From a virus (lineage: Duplodnaviria > Caudoviricetes), in the IMG/VR virus record IMGVR_UViG_2551306637_000004, positions 1 through 64,000 of that record: DNA of 64,000 nucleotides; one strand, given 5' to 3'. Each line of letters begins with the position of its first letter. Position 1 is the first letter of the stretch. A program made the translations under genes and the position numbers. The notes under the pieces are model-generated. The model saw nothing but the letters and a program-made list of their open reading frames with translations, was not told the origin of the DNA and searched no databases. Shown here in pieces: positions 1 through 8,244 of the stretch.

Positions 1-189
1 TTAGGCGGCGTCCGGGCCGGCCATGATCGCTTCGACGCTTTCGGCGGTGATACCGCTGGAGCGCTCGCCGATCTTGACCAGTTTCAGCTTCCCCTTGTCG
101 ACGAGACGGTAGACCGTGGTTCGGGAGATGCTGAGCATGTCCATGACCGCCTTGATGCGATACAGCTTCTTGGGAGTGGTGGTTTCCAT
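1..189 (-). CDS. AlpA-family helix-turn-helix regulator / excisionase-like protein
   Basis: 62 aa, YRIKAVMDMLSISRTTVYRLV HTH pattern typical of AlpA/Xis; stop codon at 1-3. Confidence 0.75.
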   Translation of the reverse strand: METTTPKKLYRIKAVMDMLSISRTTVYRLVDKGKLKLVKIGERSSGITAESVEAIMAGPDAA

Positions 190-195
190 GTTTTC

Positions 196-220
196 GATCT
201 GGTGTGGTGGTGGCCAGATC
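196..220 (-). promoter_or_regulatory. Hairpin with CCACCAC loop upstream of the AlpA-like start
   Basis: GAUCUGG-CCACCACCACA-CCAGAUC on the transcribed strand, 7 nt before the ATG. Confidence 0.5.
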
Positions 221-265
221 GGGTATGTTACGGAACGCCCCGAGACGCTGCAATGCAGGTCGTTC

Positions 266-280
266 GACTATCGTATAGAC
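266..280. promoter_or_regulatory. CTAT-N3-ATAG palindrome (putative operator) between divergent genes
   Basis: GACTATCGTATAGAC; near-identical to 52761-52775. Confidence 0.45.
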
Positions 281-297
281 GCCAAGAAGGAGGCCGC

Positions 298-1395
298 TTG
301 CTTACCGACATATTCGCCCGTCGATACGCTGATTTCCAAATCTGGACTGAGTACGGTGAAAACGAATCCCGATTGCTCCATCAATGTATAGCAGTCGCGA
401 AAGACGTGTTGCCGTACTACGACTCTGCTGGGAAGATCCTTGAGTGGCAGAAAAAGAAATGGAAATCCATTCATGACCGTCTGGCGCGAGAACTTGGCGT
501 TTCCGAGCTGTGGCCAAGATATTTCACAAATTCCACGAAAAACTGGCAAGGTCAAGAAGTCCAATGGACCTATGAGAATGAGTGGGTTGCGGCTTGCGAG
601 ATGTTCGTGACTTATAACTACACGGCTGTTACGAACAAGAGTATTGATCGTTATGTAAAGGAGCGACTAAGTCTCATTGAGCTGGTGATGCGCCAGCGAC
701 AAGAAGAGATTTCTGCTATGAATAACAGCCTTGAGAGTGCGATCTCCGAAGCCAAAAGTAGCGCGACGATGCGGGCGCTGAGAATAGCAAGAGATACCGG
801 TGCGCGTGTTCCTTACGATCCAGAACCAGAGCTGAGAAAGCTAAATTTAGTCGAGAACAGAGGATTCGATGAGTTGGTGAACGAGCTAAATGTTCGATTT
901 CAGCAGGCGGGCGTTCCGCTTAGCTACCACAACGGATATATTCAGGTTGCAATTGATCGGCTGATTGAGCAACAAATATCTCAGCCGTTTTGGAGCGTTA
1001 TTGCGGATCCGATTTGGGAAAACGTTGCGCTTCATATGAATCAAGCATTGGATTATCGTGATACTGGAGCCGGTAACGCAGCGCTGTACGGATGTATGGC
1101 CTTGGAAAGTACAATTAAGATCATCTCCGACCTTAAGGGGTGGACAACAGGCAAAGAGAAGGGCGCGCATAACTACATCGACAATCTTGTGGCAGATCGC
1201 GACGGGGTTAGGTTCATCCAAACATTCGAAATGGAGGTCCTGAAGTCGTACTTTACTCACGTGCGTAATCAGCTTGGACATGGCCCAGGAAACAAGCCAA
1301 TGCCCAACCTCTCGCCTGCACAAACCGACTGGGCCATCGAGTCTGCTATGAGCTGGATACGAACACTCGTGCGTCGGCTCATACCATCAGAGTGA
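298..1395 (+). CDS. AbiJ-NTD4-like / C-terminal HEPN putative abortive-infection protein
   Basis: TTG start at 298 after AAGGAGG; N-terminus LTDIFARRY; C-terminal RNQLGH (Rx4H HEPN motif); AT-richer and opposite strand to flanking genes. Confidence 0.7.
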   Translation: MLTDIFARRYADFQIWTEYGENESRLLHQCIAVAKDVLPYYDSAGKILEWQKKKWKSIHDRLARELGVSELWPRYFTNSTKNWQGQEVQWTYENEWVAACEMFVTYNYTAVTNKSIDRYVKERLSLIELVMRQRQEEISAMNNSLESAISEAKSSATMRALRIARDTGARVPYDPEPELRKLNLVENRGFDELVNELNVRFQQAGVPLSYHNGYIQVAIDRLIEQQISQPFWSVIADPIWENVALHMNQALDYRDTGAGNAALYGCMALESTIKIISDLKGWTTGKEKGAHNYIDNLVADRDGVRFIQTFEMEVLKSYFTHVRNQLGHGPGNKPMPNLSPAQTDWAIESAMSWIRTLVRRLIPSE

Positions 1396-2514
1396 TCACG
1401 CCACCGAAGATGGCTTCCAGACACCGGTAGTTGAGAGCTTCAGAGTGTCGCCAACCTTCGCACCGGTCAGGTCGACGTCTGCGCAATCCCCGAGTGAGAG
1501 CTGCAAGCTGCCTTGCGACCACGGGATGAATCCAGTCGGGGAAGCTGCTGCGAATGGCCCGGTGAAATTCACGGTCCAGACCGACGCAACATCGGAACAG
1601 ATGGCGGGGAAGAGCGGGAACGTGCCGCCGATGGGGTAACCACCCACACCAGTCGCCGGATCGTTCGAAGCGCTACCGTTCCAGACGCCACCATTGACGC
1701 GGAACCATGCCGTGCGCGATGTCGCGTCGATCGCTACGCCAACCGTGTCGCCGGCAACATTGAATGCCGCACCCGAGCCAGAGTTCGTGCCGCCGTCTCG
1801 ATACACGTTCCCGCTCGACTGGAATTTCCCAATCGTCCCCTGGCCGTCGTCGTATCCGACCTGAGCGTCCATCGCCTCGTTTCGCGGGCACACCCCGACC
1901 GCGGCGTTCCCGCTGGACGTGCCCGAGACGAACGTGGTCTCGAAGTACCACTTTCCAGCTTTCATGCCGGTCGTTCCGAGCGCTACGACTTGCTTACCGC
2001 CAGGGACGGTAGCGGTCAGGTTGTTGTTCGAGAGCGCGACCGTGCCTGCCTTCATCACCGGATCGAATGCTGCGCGCTCGGCGAAGCGCGAGATCCGCAA
2101 CGTGCCATCGCCATCGGTTGTCTGGCCAGGGCCGAGCTTCACGCCACCAAGCTGCGTGTTCGTTGCGACTGGGATGCCGGTGGACGGGGCATCTTTCAGA
2201 TCCTTGTAGCTGCCGCTCGTTGCCACTTTCGCGAGACCGGCCACGGTGCTCGCGTCTTGCTGGCCAGTGTGGTTTTGCCGGTTCAGAAGCGTCGCGTCCG
2301 CGCTGTTCTTTGTCGCTTGTGATGCAATACCGTCGAGCTTGGTCTTGTCGTCAGCGCTCATGAAGCCTGCCGCCTTCTGCGTCACGATTCCGAACCACGC
2401 GCGCAGTGTCGAAAGCTTCAACTTGAAGTTGTTGCCGCCATATGCTCCCGCGAGCATTGCATCATCAACTGGATTCTGAAGTTCATTGAACTCCGAAATT
2501 TTCATGTCGCTCAT
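1396..2514 (-). CDS. Tail fibre/adhesin with SPRY (B30.2)-like domain
   Basis: MSDMKISE tail-fibre type N-terminus; ATNTQLGGVKLG repeat; GKWYFE...VGVC...GDTVGVAID...LFPA SPRY-like pattern. Confidence 0.6.
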   Translation of the reverse strand: MSDMKISEFNELQNPVDDAMLAGAYGGNNFKLKLSTLRAWFGIVTQKAAGFMSADDKTKLDGIASQATKNSADATLLNRQNHTGQQDASTVAGLAKVATSGSYKDLKDAPSTGIPVATNTQLGGVKLGPGQTTDGDGTLRISRFAERAAFDPVMKAGTVALSNNNLTATVPGGKQVVALGTTGMKAGKWYFETTFVSGTSSGNAAVGVCPRNEAMDAQVGYDDGQGTIGKFQSSGNVYRDGGTNSGSGAAFNVAGDTVGVAIDATSRTAWFRVNGGVWNGSASNDPATGVGGYPIGGTFPLFPAICSDVASVWTVNFTGPFAAASPTGFIPWSQGSLQLSLGDCADVDLTGAKVGDTLKLSTTGVWKPSSVA

Positions 2515-5324
2515 AGGGAGGTCTCTGTTTTGATCAAGGTGCCGTCTTCTGCGGCGATATGTCCGGATGCGTTTTCAAGCAGGATGTTGGATTCCTCGAT
2601 TTGGATGCCTGCACCTTGCTGATTGCGCAGATTCCACATCATCAAGAGTCCTAGCGCGCGCATGATCTCGCCCGCCCAAAACCCATAGAAGTAGTGACCG
2701 TGCGACCAGCTTGAATACGCACCGCTCATGTCCGAGTAGGGGCCGGTCGGGTCTTCGATCACCTGCGTGCGCGTAAATTCGGCCATGCAGCCGTTGATCA
2801 CGCGATCGACGGAGGTGGACTTCGACCCGGCGAACTTCATACAGACAGCACCTGCCATGTACAGCGCCGTCATATGGCCTGTGTGGTCGTAGTCATCGTT
2901 GAACGCAGGCTTGTCAGGCGGAAATTCAGTCGGCGTCAGGTTGTCGTTCGCATCCTGGAAATCAGCCAGATACTTCGCATAGCGCTCGCAGAACGTGATG
3001 AGCCGGGTATCGACAGGGAAGCCTTGCTGCACGAGCAACTGCCACATCCGGCAACCTGCGAAGAAAGCGCGCGCGTTGTATCCCGCCCACGGGTACGGTT
3101 TGTCCGTACCCCAAGCGAACGTGTCGATGGGGCCTTGATCGAGCTGGTCGTAGCGCGGCCACACATAGAGCGGCGCAACCGGACCCATGACACCGATCTT
3201 CTTCGCGTATGCTTCTTGCGCGTCGTAGTAGAAGGCGATGCAGTTGGTGTAATACTGGGTTTTGCCCGAGAGTACCCACATCGGCCCATACTGGTAGCCG
3301 GTGTACGGTGTTCCCCGCCAGTAATCCTTCCGTGCGCGGGAGACCGAATACTTCGTCGTGAAGGGAAGCACTCCAGGTGTGTATTTCAGCGCGAGCGGGG
3401 CAGGGTTGGACGCATACACGTCCCCCACGGCCATCTCCATTGCCGGCTGGCATTTGACATGGATGAACCACTCGGTCGAGTAGTCGTTGACCGACACGAG
3501 TTTCTGCGGGATCTCGCCCCAGCAGTACGTCGAGATCGAACCACCTTGGCCGTTGTTCGTGATGAATTCGATCTGCGTCATCGCGCCATTCGGCGTCGGT
3601 GCGGCCGGCGTGCCTGCCGCCTGATTCGGCACGAGCGTGAAGTCGGACCAGCTCAGCGGCAGTGTGGTCCAGCCACCGGAGGGCAGCACGCGCTGATACT
3701 TATTGCCAAGCGCGTCCGTGACTTTCAACCAGATCTCGCCGCTGTTCACGCGGTACGTCAACGACGTGAGGGCGCGGGTGGTCGGTGTTGCGAGCCAGAA
3801 ACCGGCGACGACACCGGAAGTGCCGTCATTGATGTTGGCCGTGCCGATCCAGTCAGCGCGACCAGCGTCGCCGAGGATGCCGCTCTCGTACGTGGTGGTG
3901 TAGCCGGCGTTGCCGTACGGCACGAAGCTCGAACCGTCGAGCATGGCGTGCTGCTGGCCGTCCGATTGCGTGGCCGTGACCATCTGGCCGAACGGGACCA
4001 CCATCGGCGTCGGCGTCACGCTACCGTTCGAGGGCAGGGCATAGCGATACTGCCGGCCGTCGCTCAGGAGGTCGGTCTTCATCCGCGTCAGGAACTCGAT
4101 GCGCGCCTTCGGCGTGTTGATACCGATGGTATTGACCATCGCTGTCTTGCTGGAGTCGATGCGCGTGTAGACGGCGATCTGTTCGAGCGCGACCGTGCTC
4201 TCCTTGTTGACGTTCGATTCAGCGGTCTTCGACACGTGGATGTAGCCGCTACTGTCGCGGTTAAGCGTCGCCTTCGCGTCGCCGAGGTATTCCCAGTCGT
4301 ACGCGATGCCCACATTGAAAGGGTCAGCAGCCTTCGTGTCCTGTCGAAAATAGAAGCCGTCGGCTTGAAGGTCGGTCGCGTCGTTGATGGTGTAGATTGA
4401 GGCATTGAACGCGTTGAAGTAGCGCGGGTTGCCAGTCTCCTGGAACATCAAGTAGCAGGCCTCGGCGAACCACTGCTCCGAGTCGATCGAGTTGCCCCAC
4501 TGGTCGGGAGACAACGCCATCCATATCGGCCAGACATCGAACGGCTGGTTGCGGCCGATCATCGGGCCGGTCATGTTCGCGTAGTTCACCAGCGCCATGC
4601 CGGTGAACGTCGTGTCGACGAGGCGGATCGTTCCCGGTGTGTCGCCGTTCGGGTCGATCGCGTCCTGATCTGCGTTGTGGCGCACGCCGTCGTACGTCAC
4701 ATACGAAGCGAACGGGTAGACCGTGCCGCCTGCGTTGACGCCCGAGCGCACGGAGTCGTACGAGAGCTTCCCGTTGTAGACCGAATACAGGCGCGTAATG
4801 AGCTGGCCATTGTACGGATCGCCGGTCGGGATCTGGCCCACCCCATTCGTGAACTGCACCTTGATACCCTTGCCGCCAGGGCTGTCCGGGTTGTTCGGGT
4901 CCAGAGGACCAAACGCCTGAAATGGGCGCTTGCCGTTGATGATCCAGTTCGCGCGGTAGATCTGTGGCGTGGTCGGCGTCGGCTGGCCGGCGTAGAACAG
5001 GTCCAGGTAGGCGTCGATCGCGCGCACGGCGCGGTCGAGGTAGGAGCGCTTGCCGGTGCCTTTCCATGCGTAGTAGAGGCCGAGGATGTACAGAGCCTGA
5101 CCTTCGGTCGTGGCCGTGCCGTTCGGGGTGTACCAGACGCTCCCCGTCTCATAGTGCATGTTGTTGCAGAGCACGCTCTTGCTGTTGACGATCATGTAGT
5201 CCTGACCCGTGTCCGGGTCGTCTTTCGTGTGGCGATCGACGAACTGCATGAGGCCGTCCAGCATCGAGTTCGCATTCGCGGCGAGCTGGTTGAGGGACTG
5301 ACGGGACAGGTAGAGCCGGTTCAT
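2511..5324 (-). CDS. GH8-like glycoside hydrolase, putative virion-associated tailspike/depolymerase
   Basis: 937 aa; TTEGQAL and NSIDSEQWFAEACYLM..GNPRY resemble the GH8 TSEGQ and NSAxDxD segments; beta-rich central insert. Confidence 0.55.
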   Translation of the reverse strand: MNRLYLSRQSLNQLAANANSMLDGLMQFVDRHTKDDPDTGQDYMIVNSKSVLCNNMHYETGSVWYTPNGTATTEGQALYILGLYYAWKGTGKRSYLDRAVRAIDAYLDLFYAGQPTPTTPQIYRANWIINGKRPFQAFGPLDPNNPDSPGGKGIKVQFTNGVGQIPTGDPYNGQLITRLYSVYNGKLSYDSVRSGVNAGGTVYPFASYVTYDGVRHNADQDAIDPNGDTPGTIRLVDTTFTGMALVNYANMTGPMIGRNQPFDVWPIWMALSPDQWGNSIDSEQWFAEACYLMFQETGNPRYFNAFNASIYTINDATDLQADGFYFRQDTKAADPFNVGIAYDWEYLGDAKATLNRDSSGYIHVSKTAESNVNKESTVALEQIAVYTRIDSSKTAMVNTIGINTPKARIEFLTRMKTDLLSDGRQYRYALPSNGSVTPTPMVVPFGQMVTATQSDGQQHAMLDGSSFVPYGNAGYTTTYESGILGDAGRADWIGTANINDGTSGVVAGFWLATPTTRALTSLTYRVNSGEIWLKVTDALGNKYQRVLPSGGWTTLPLSWSDFTLVPNQAAGTPAAPTPNGAMTQIEFITNNGQGGSISTYCWGEIPQKLVSVNDYSTEWFIHVKCQPAMEMAVGDVYASNPAPLALKYTPGVLPFTTKYSVSRARKDYWRGTPYTGYQYGPMWVLSGKTQYYTNCIAFYYDAQEAYAKKIGVMGPVAPLYVWPRYDQLDQGPIDTFAWGTDKPYPWAGYNARAFFAGCRMWQLLVQQGFPVDTRLITFCERYAKYLADFQDANDNLTPTEFPPDKPAFNDDYDHTGHMTALYMAGAVCMKFAGSKSTSVDRVINGCMAEFTRTQVIEDPTGPYSDMSGAYSSWSHGHYFYGFWAGEIMRALGLLMMWNLRNQQGAGIQIEESNILLENASGHIAAEDGTLIKTETSL

Positions 5325-5942
5325 TTACGCAGGAATGTTGTTGCCGACGAAGTAGCCTACGTACGACTTGCCGCCGTCATAGGTTTCGAACATGAACGCG
5401 TCGCTCACGCCTTGCGCGTACGACAGGACGGGCGGGACGCCACCGTTCCATTTGATGATTGCCGGCCAGGTGCTGACCTTGTTCGAGCCGGTGCCTTGCT
5501 TGAGCACGAGCGAGAACGAGCGCACGAAGTTCGCATCCGTTGCCGGGTTGCTGATCGTGATTGCCGTCTGCGGGGAGTTGATCGTCGCGTTGAAGCAGCC
5601 GATTCCGGTCGACAGGTCCAGGTCAAGACCGTTGCCGGTCACGTTCATGCGCGCAATCGGCGTCTTGTTGACGTCACCCGTATCGCCTTTGTCTCCCTTG
5701 TCGCCCTTGATGCTGTAGCCGCTCGGCCAGACGCCGCCCGTCTTCGGGCCGAACATGAAGCTGTTGTCCAGGTTGATGTACGAGTCGCCGTCGTTGCCGA
5801 CGTTGTTGGCCGGCGCTCCACGGCCGTAAAGCAGTTTCATCGGGGTCAACTGTCCGAGGTTGTTATAGACCGGACTCATCATCAGGATGAGCGGTTGGCC
5901 GTCCGGATTGGTCGGGGCGAGGGGGAGAGAAGCCGCAATCAT
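5325..5942 (-). CDS. Short collagen-like tail fibre/adaptor protein
   Basis: GAPANNVGNDGDSYIN..GPKTGGVWP motif, KGDKGDKGDTGD collagen triplets, beta-rich C-terminus. Confidence 0.55.
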   Translation of the reverse strand: MIAASLPLAPTNPDGQPLILMMSPVYNNLGQLTPMKLLYGRGAPANNVGNDGDSYINLDNSFMFGPKTGGVWPSGYSIKGDKGDKGDTGDVNKTPIARMNVTGNGLDLDLSTGIGCFNATINSPQTAITISNPATDANFVRSFSLVLKQGTGSNKVSTWPAIIKWNGGVPPVLSYAQGVSDAFMFETYDGGKSYVGYFVGNNIPA

Positions 5943-6454
5943 TGCTCACCCACGTTCAGACGAGCGAGAACGTCTCGGTCGCTCCGGACGACGGCTTCGC
6001 AGGCGTTGAGTCTGAGCACGATTTCGTCCGCTCGACCGGCTTCGCCGAGAAGAAATTCAGTAGCCGGCAGCGAAAGTTCGGCTCCTCCGGTGTCAGCAGA
6101 TACGCCGGCACCGGGGCCAGTTGCACTTTCGGACGGTTGATTGCCACAGGTTGCGGCTCGGTCGCGCAGGCGCAGAGCACCAGCGCGGGCAGCAGCAATA
6201 TCGCGGTCAGCTTGAGACTTCGCATCGTTGAGCTTCCTTTCGTAGTCGGTCGAGATCTGCGTGACCAGCAGGTTCGACGTCGTGGTAGCGAAGGCCGCTG
6301 CTGCGTCCGCTCGCTCTTGAGCGGCACGCAGGGCCTTCTGCTGTCGATCGTCGTTCTCGGCTATGAGCGCGACGTAGTGGTCGCGGGTGAAGTAGAACGC
6401 GCCAGCGCCGCTCACGAGAGCGGCGCAGAGCGCGACAATGGTGGTCAGCTTCAT
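5939..6454 (-). CDS. Rz: i-spanin (Rz-like)
   Basis: N-terminal TM, coiled coil, C-terminal ADEIVLRLNACEA; contains a nested lipoprotein gene. Confidence 0.8.
   Translation of the reverse strand: MKLTTIVALCAALVSGAGAFYFTRDHYVALIAENDDRQQKALRAAQERADAAAAFATTTSNLLVTQISTDYERKLNDAKSQADRDIAAARAGALRLRDRAATCGNQPSESATGPGAGVSADTGGAELSLPATEFLLGEAGRADEIVLRLNACEAVVRSDRDVLARLNVGEQ
5956..6225 (-). CDS. Rz1: o-spanin lipoprotein (Rz1-like), nested in Rz
   Basis: MRSLKLTAILLLPALVLCAC lipobox, Pro-rich mature region, alternate frame inside Rz. Confidence 0.8.
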   Translation of the reverse strand: MRSLKLTAILLLPALVLCACATEPQPVAINRPKVQLAPVPAYLLTPEEPNFRCRLLNFFSAKPVERTKSCSDSTPAKPSSGATETFSLV

Positions 6455-6846
6455 GCGGTGTCCACCTTTTGCAGAATGCGAGTCATGACCGCGTCGAACA
6501 GCTTCGAGCTGCCATAGCCGGCGACAGTGATGGCCGCGGCCTCTTGAGCGGAATCCCAGCGGAACGATTCGGCGATGAAGAACATCAGCAGGCCTGCTGC
6601 GATCGAGGAGACCATGTCGCGCGCGACGTGCAGCTTCCAGCGCGACAGATCCTCGGCGTTCGACAGCTTTTGCAGCGTCGACGCTGCGCCACCGATGCTG
6701 CTGAGGATGACCGTGATCACGTACGCGATGATCGGGATGCTTGCCAGATCGCGCCCGAAAGACACGTCACTACGCGTAGCCGCGTAGGTGACGAGAGACC
6801 ACGTGAGGGCGAGAAACATCGCCCATACCTTTATCGTTCGCTGCAC
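6451..6846 (-). CDS. Putative holin (LydA-like)
   Basis: 131 aa, 3-4 hydrophobic segments, within the lysis cassette. Confidence 0.6.
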   Translation of the reverse strand: MQRTIKVWAMFLALTWSLVTYAATRSDVSFGRDLASIPIIAYVITVILSSIGGAASTLQKLSNAEDLSRWKLHVARDMVSSIAAGLLMFFIAESFRWDSAQEAAAITVAGYGSSKLFDAVMTRILQKVDTA

Positions 6847-7244
6847 GCTCGACCCCGTACGTGAAAAAGATTTCGAAAACTCAGCGTCAGGCCAAACACA
6901 GCCATCGAGCCATAGAGAACGAGTGTGCTGATCTGCACACTCTTGTAAGCCTGCTCAGCAACGAACAGATGAGACGCAAAAGAGAAGGACGCCATCGGGT
7001 AGACCCAATGACGCCACTTCAACCCCCACGTGAAAACGTATCGGTCCGGCATCAAGTCATTGACCACGATGTCGACCAGCAGGAGCGCGCCGGCAACCAG
7101 CAGAAGGAGAGTGAAGAACCAGCCGCCGTGTTGCATCGTCGCGGCTGGGATCGAGCTTGCGTGGCACATCGAAAGCACGACGACCACAAGCGCCCATGTC
7201 GTGAAGCCGAGGCGCGCGAAGAAGTCTCCATTGCGCGTCGTCAT
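6831..7244 (-). CDS. Multi-pass membrane protein (holin/antiholin candidate)
   Basis: ATG overlaps endolysin stop (TAATG); about 4 TM segments. Confidence 0.55.
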   Translation of the reverse strand: MTTRNGDFFARLGFTTWALVVVVLSMCHASSIPAATMQHGGWFFTLLLLVAGALLLVDIVVNDLMPDRYVFTWGLKWRHWVYPMASFSFASHLFVAEQAYKSVQISTLVLYGSMAVFGLTLSFRNLFHVRGRACSER

Positions 7245-7777
7245 TAGGCGGCTCCCGGAATTACCTTTCGTGCGAGCACGAGATACGCCTGACGATCCGC
7301 GAGACCGTTCGTGCCGCCGTTGATGACCTTCGTGACCGCAATGAAGTCTTTCTTCAGCGCGAGGTTGTCGAGCTTGTGGTTCCACCAGAAGGCGGCGGCG
7401 CTGAGGCACGCGTACTGCGGTTGCTCAAGCAGCTCCGGGTGCGCGATCAGGTCAAGATCAAGCAGCACACCCATCAGCAGGTAGTTGGTCCGACCGGTGC
7501 ATTGGATGAGGCCACGGCCCTTGTAGCGGACGCCGTCGCCCGGTTGCGTGTTGCCGAGGTCCTTGCGTCCCTCGTATGCCTGTCCGCTGGCGATCTCCAG
7601 CGTGTAGCGCCCCTCGGCTGACTCGTGCGAGATCTGAGCCAGGAACTCGACGATCTCTTCCGGCGTATCGATCTCGAACTTCGCCATCGCGTCCGAGAGC
7701 AGGGGTGCGTACGTAGCGCATCTGTCAATCGGTGCGTGCGTCCAGATCTTCCGAAGCTGGTCGGACGTAATAGACAT
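7244..7777 (-). CDS. GH19 (chitinase-like) endolysin
   Basis: FLAQISHES, YEGRKDLGNTQPGDG, YKGRGLIQCTGRTNY, INGGTNGLADR motifs. Confidence 0.92.
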   Translation of the reverse strand: MSITSDQLRKIWTHAPIDRCATYAPLLSDAMAKFEIDTPEEIVEFLAQISHESAEGRYTLEIASGQAYEGRKDLGNTQPGDGVRYKGRGLIQCTGRTNYLLMGVLLDLDLIAHPELLEQPQYACLSAAAFWWNHKLDNLALKKDFIAVTKVINGGTNGLADRQAYLVLARKVIPGAA

Positions 7778-7809
7778 CTCGGACTCGTGTGGTGGTGGTG
7801 AGTGCCGAG
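7778..7809 (-). promoter_or_regulatory. Hairpin with CCACCAC loop abutting the endolysin start
   Basis: CUCGGCACUC-ACCACCACCACAC-GAGUCCGAG then AUG. Confidence 0.5.
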
Positions 7810-7858
7810 AATTTTAAGGTTGGGGTTTACGCAGACACAAAGAGTTTTGCACAGGAAA

Positions 7859-7889
7859 TGCTAAGTGAACCTAATTGGTTCACTTAGCA
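7859..7889. terminator. Perfect 13-bp inverted repeat between the fibre operon and the lysis cassette
   Basis: TGCTAAGTGAACC-TAATT-GGTTCACTTAGCA; only a short U-run on the minus strand. Confidence 0.45.
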
Positions 7890-7902
7890 CCTATTCGCGT
7901 GC

Positions 7903-8244
7903 TTATGCGGGTATCGGATCAACCGACGTGGGCGCGCCTTCAATCGGTCGCTGCTGCGCAGCAAGCTTCCGGTTGGCGTCGTCGAGGTTCTTCTGAAGCT
8001 GGTCAGCGCGCGACTGGCTCGCGACCAGCGCACTCTTCGTCGCTTCGAGTGCAGCGTTCGCCTCGTCGAGCGCAGATTGCATGGTTGCATTCGCCGTGGC
8101 CAGTGCTTGCACTTGTTGCTCAGCTTGACCAGCTGCGACGCTTGCGTGAGCGAGGCGATCGGCCAGCTCGTTGCGCTGTAGCGTCAGCACGTGGTGCATC
8201 ATCTGGCCTTCGTTCATCAGGGGAGTGGTTTGTTGATCGTTCAT
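7903..8244 (-). CDS. Coiled-coil hypothetical protein
   Basis: 113 aa Ala/Gln-rich heptads; ATGA overlap with the radical SAM stop. Confidence 0.7.
   Translation of the reverse strand: MNDQQTTPLMNEGQMMHHVLTLQRNELADRLAHASVAAGQAEQQVQALATANATMQSALDEANAALEATKSALVASQSRADQLQKNLDDANRKLAAQQRPIEGAPTSVDPIPA

Noticed and set aside
202-297. Longer N-terminus (MWWWPDR...) of the AbiJ-like ORF
   Set aside because: It overlaps the AlpA leader hairpin; the TTG at 298 has a perfect AAGGAGG RBS and a family-like start.
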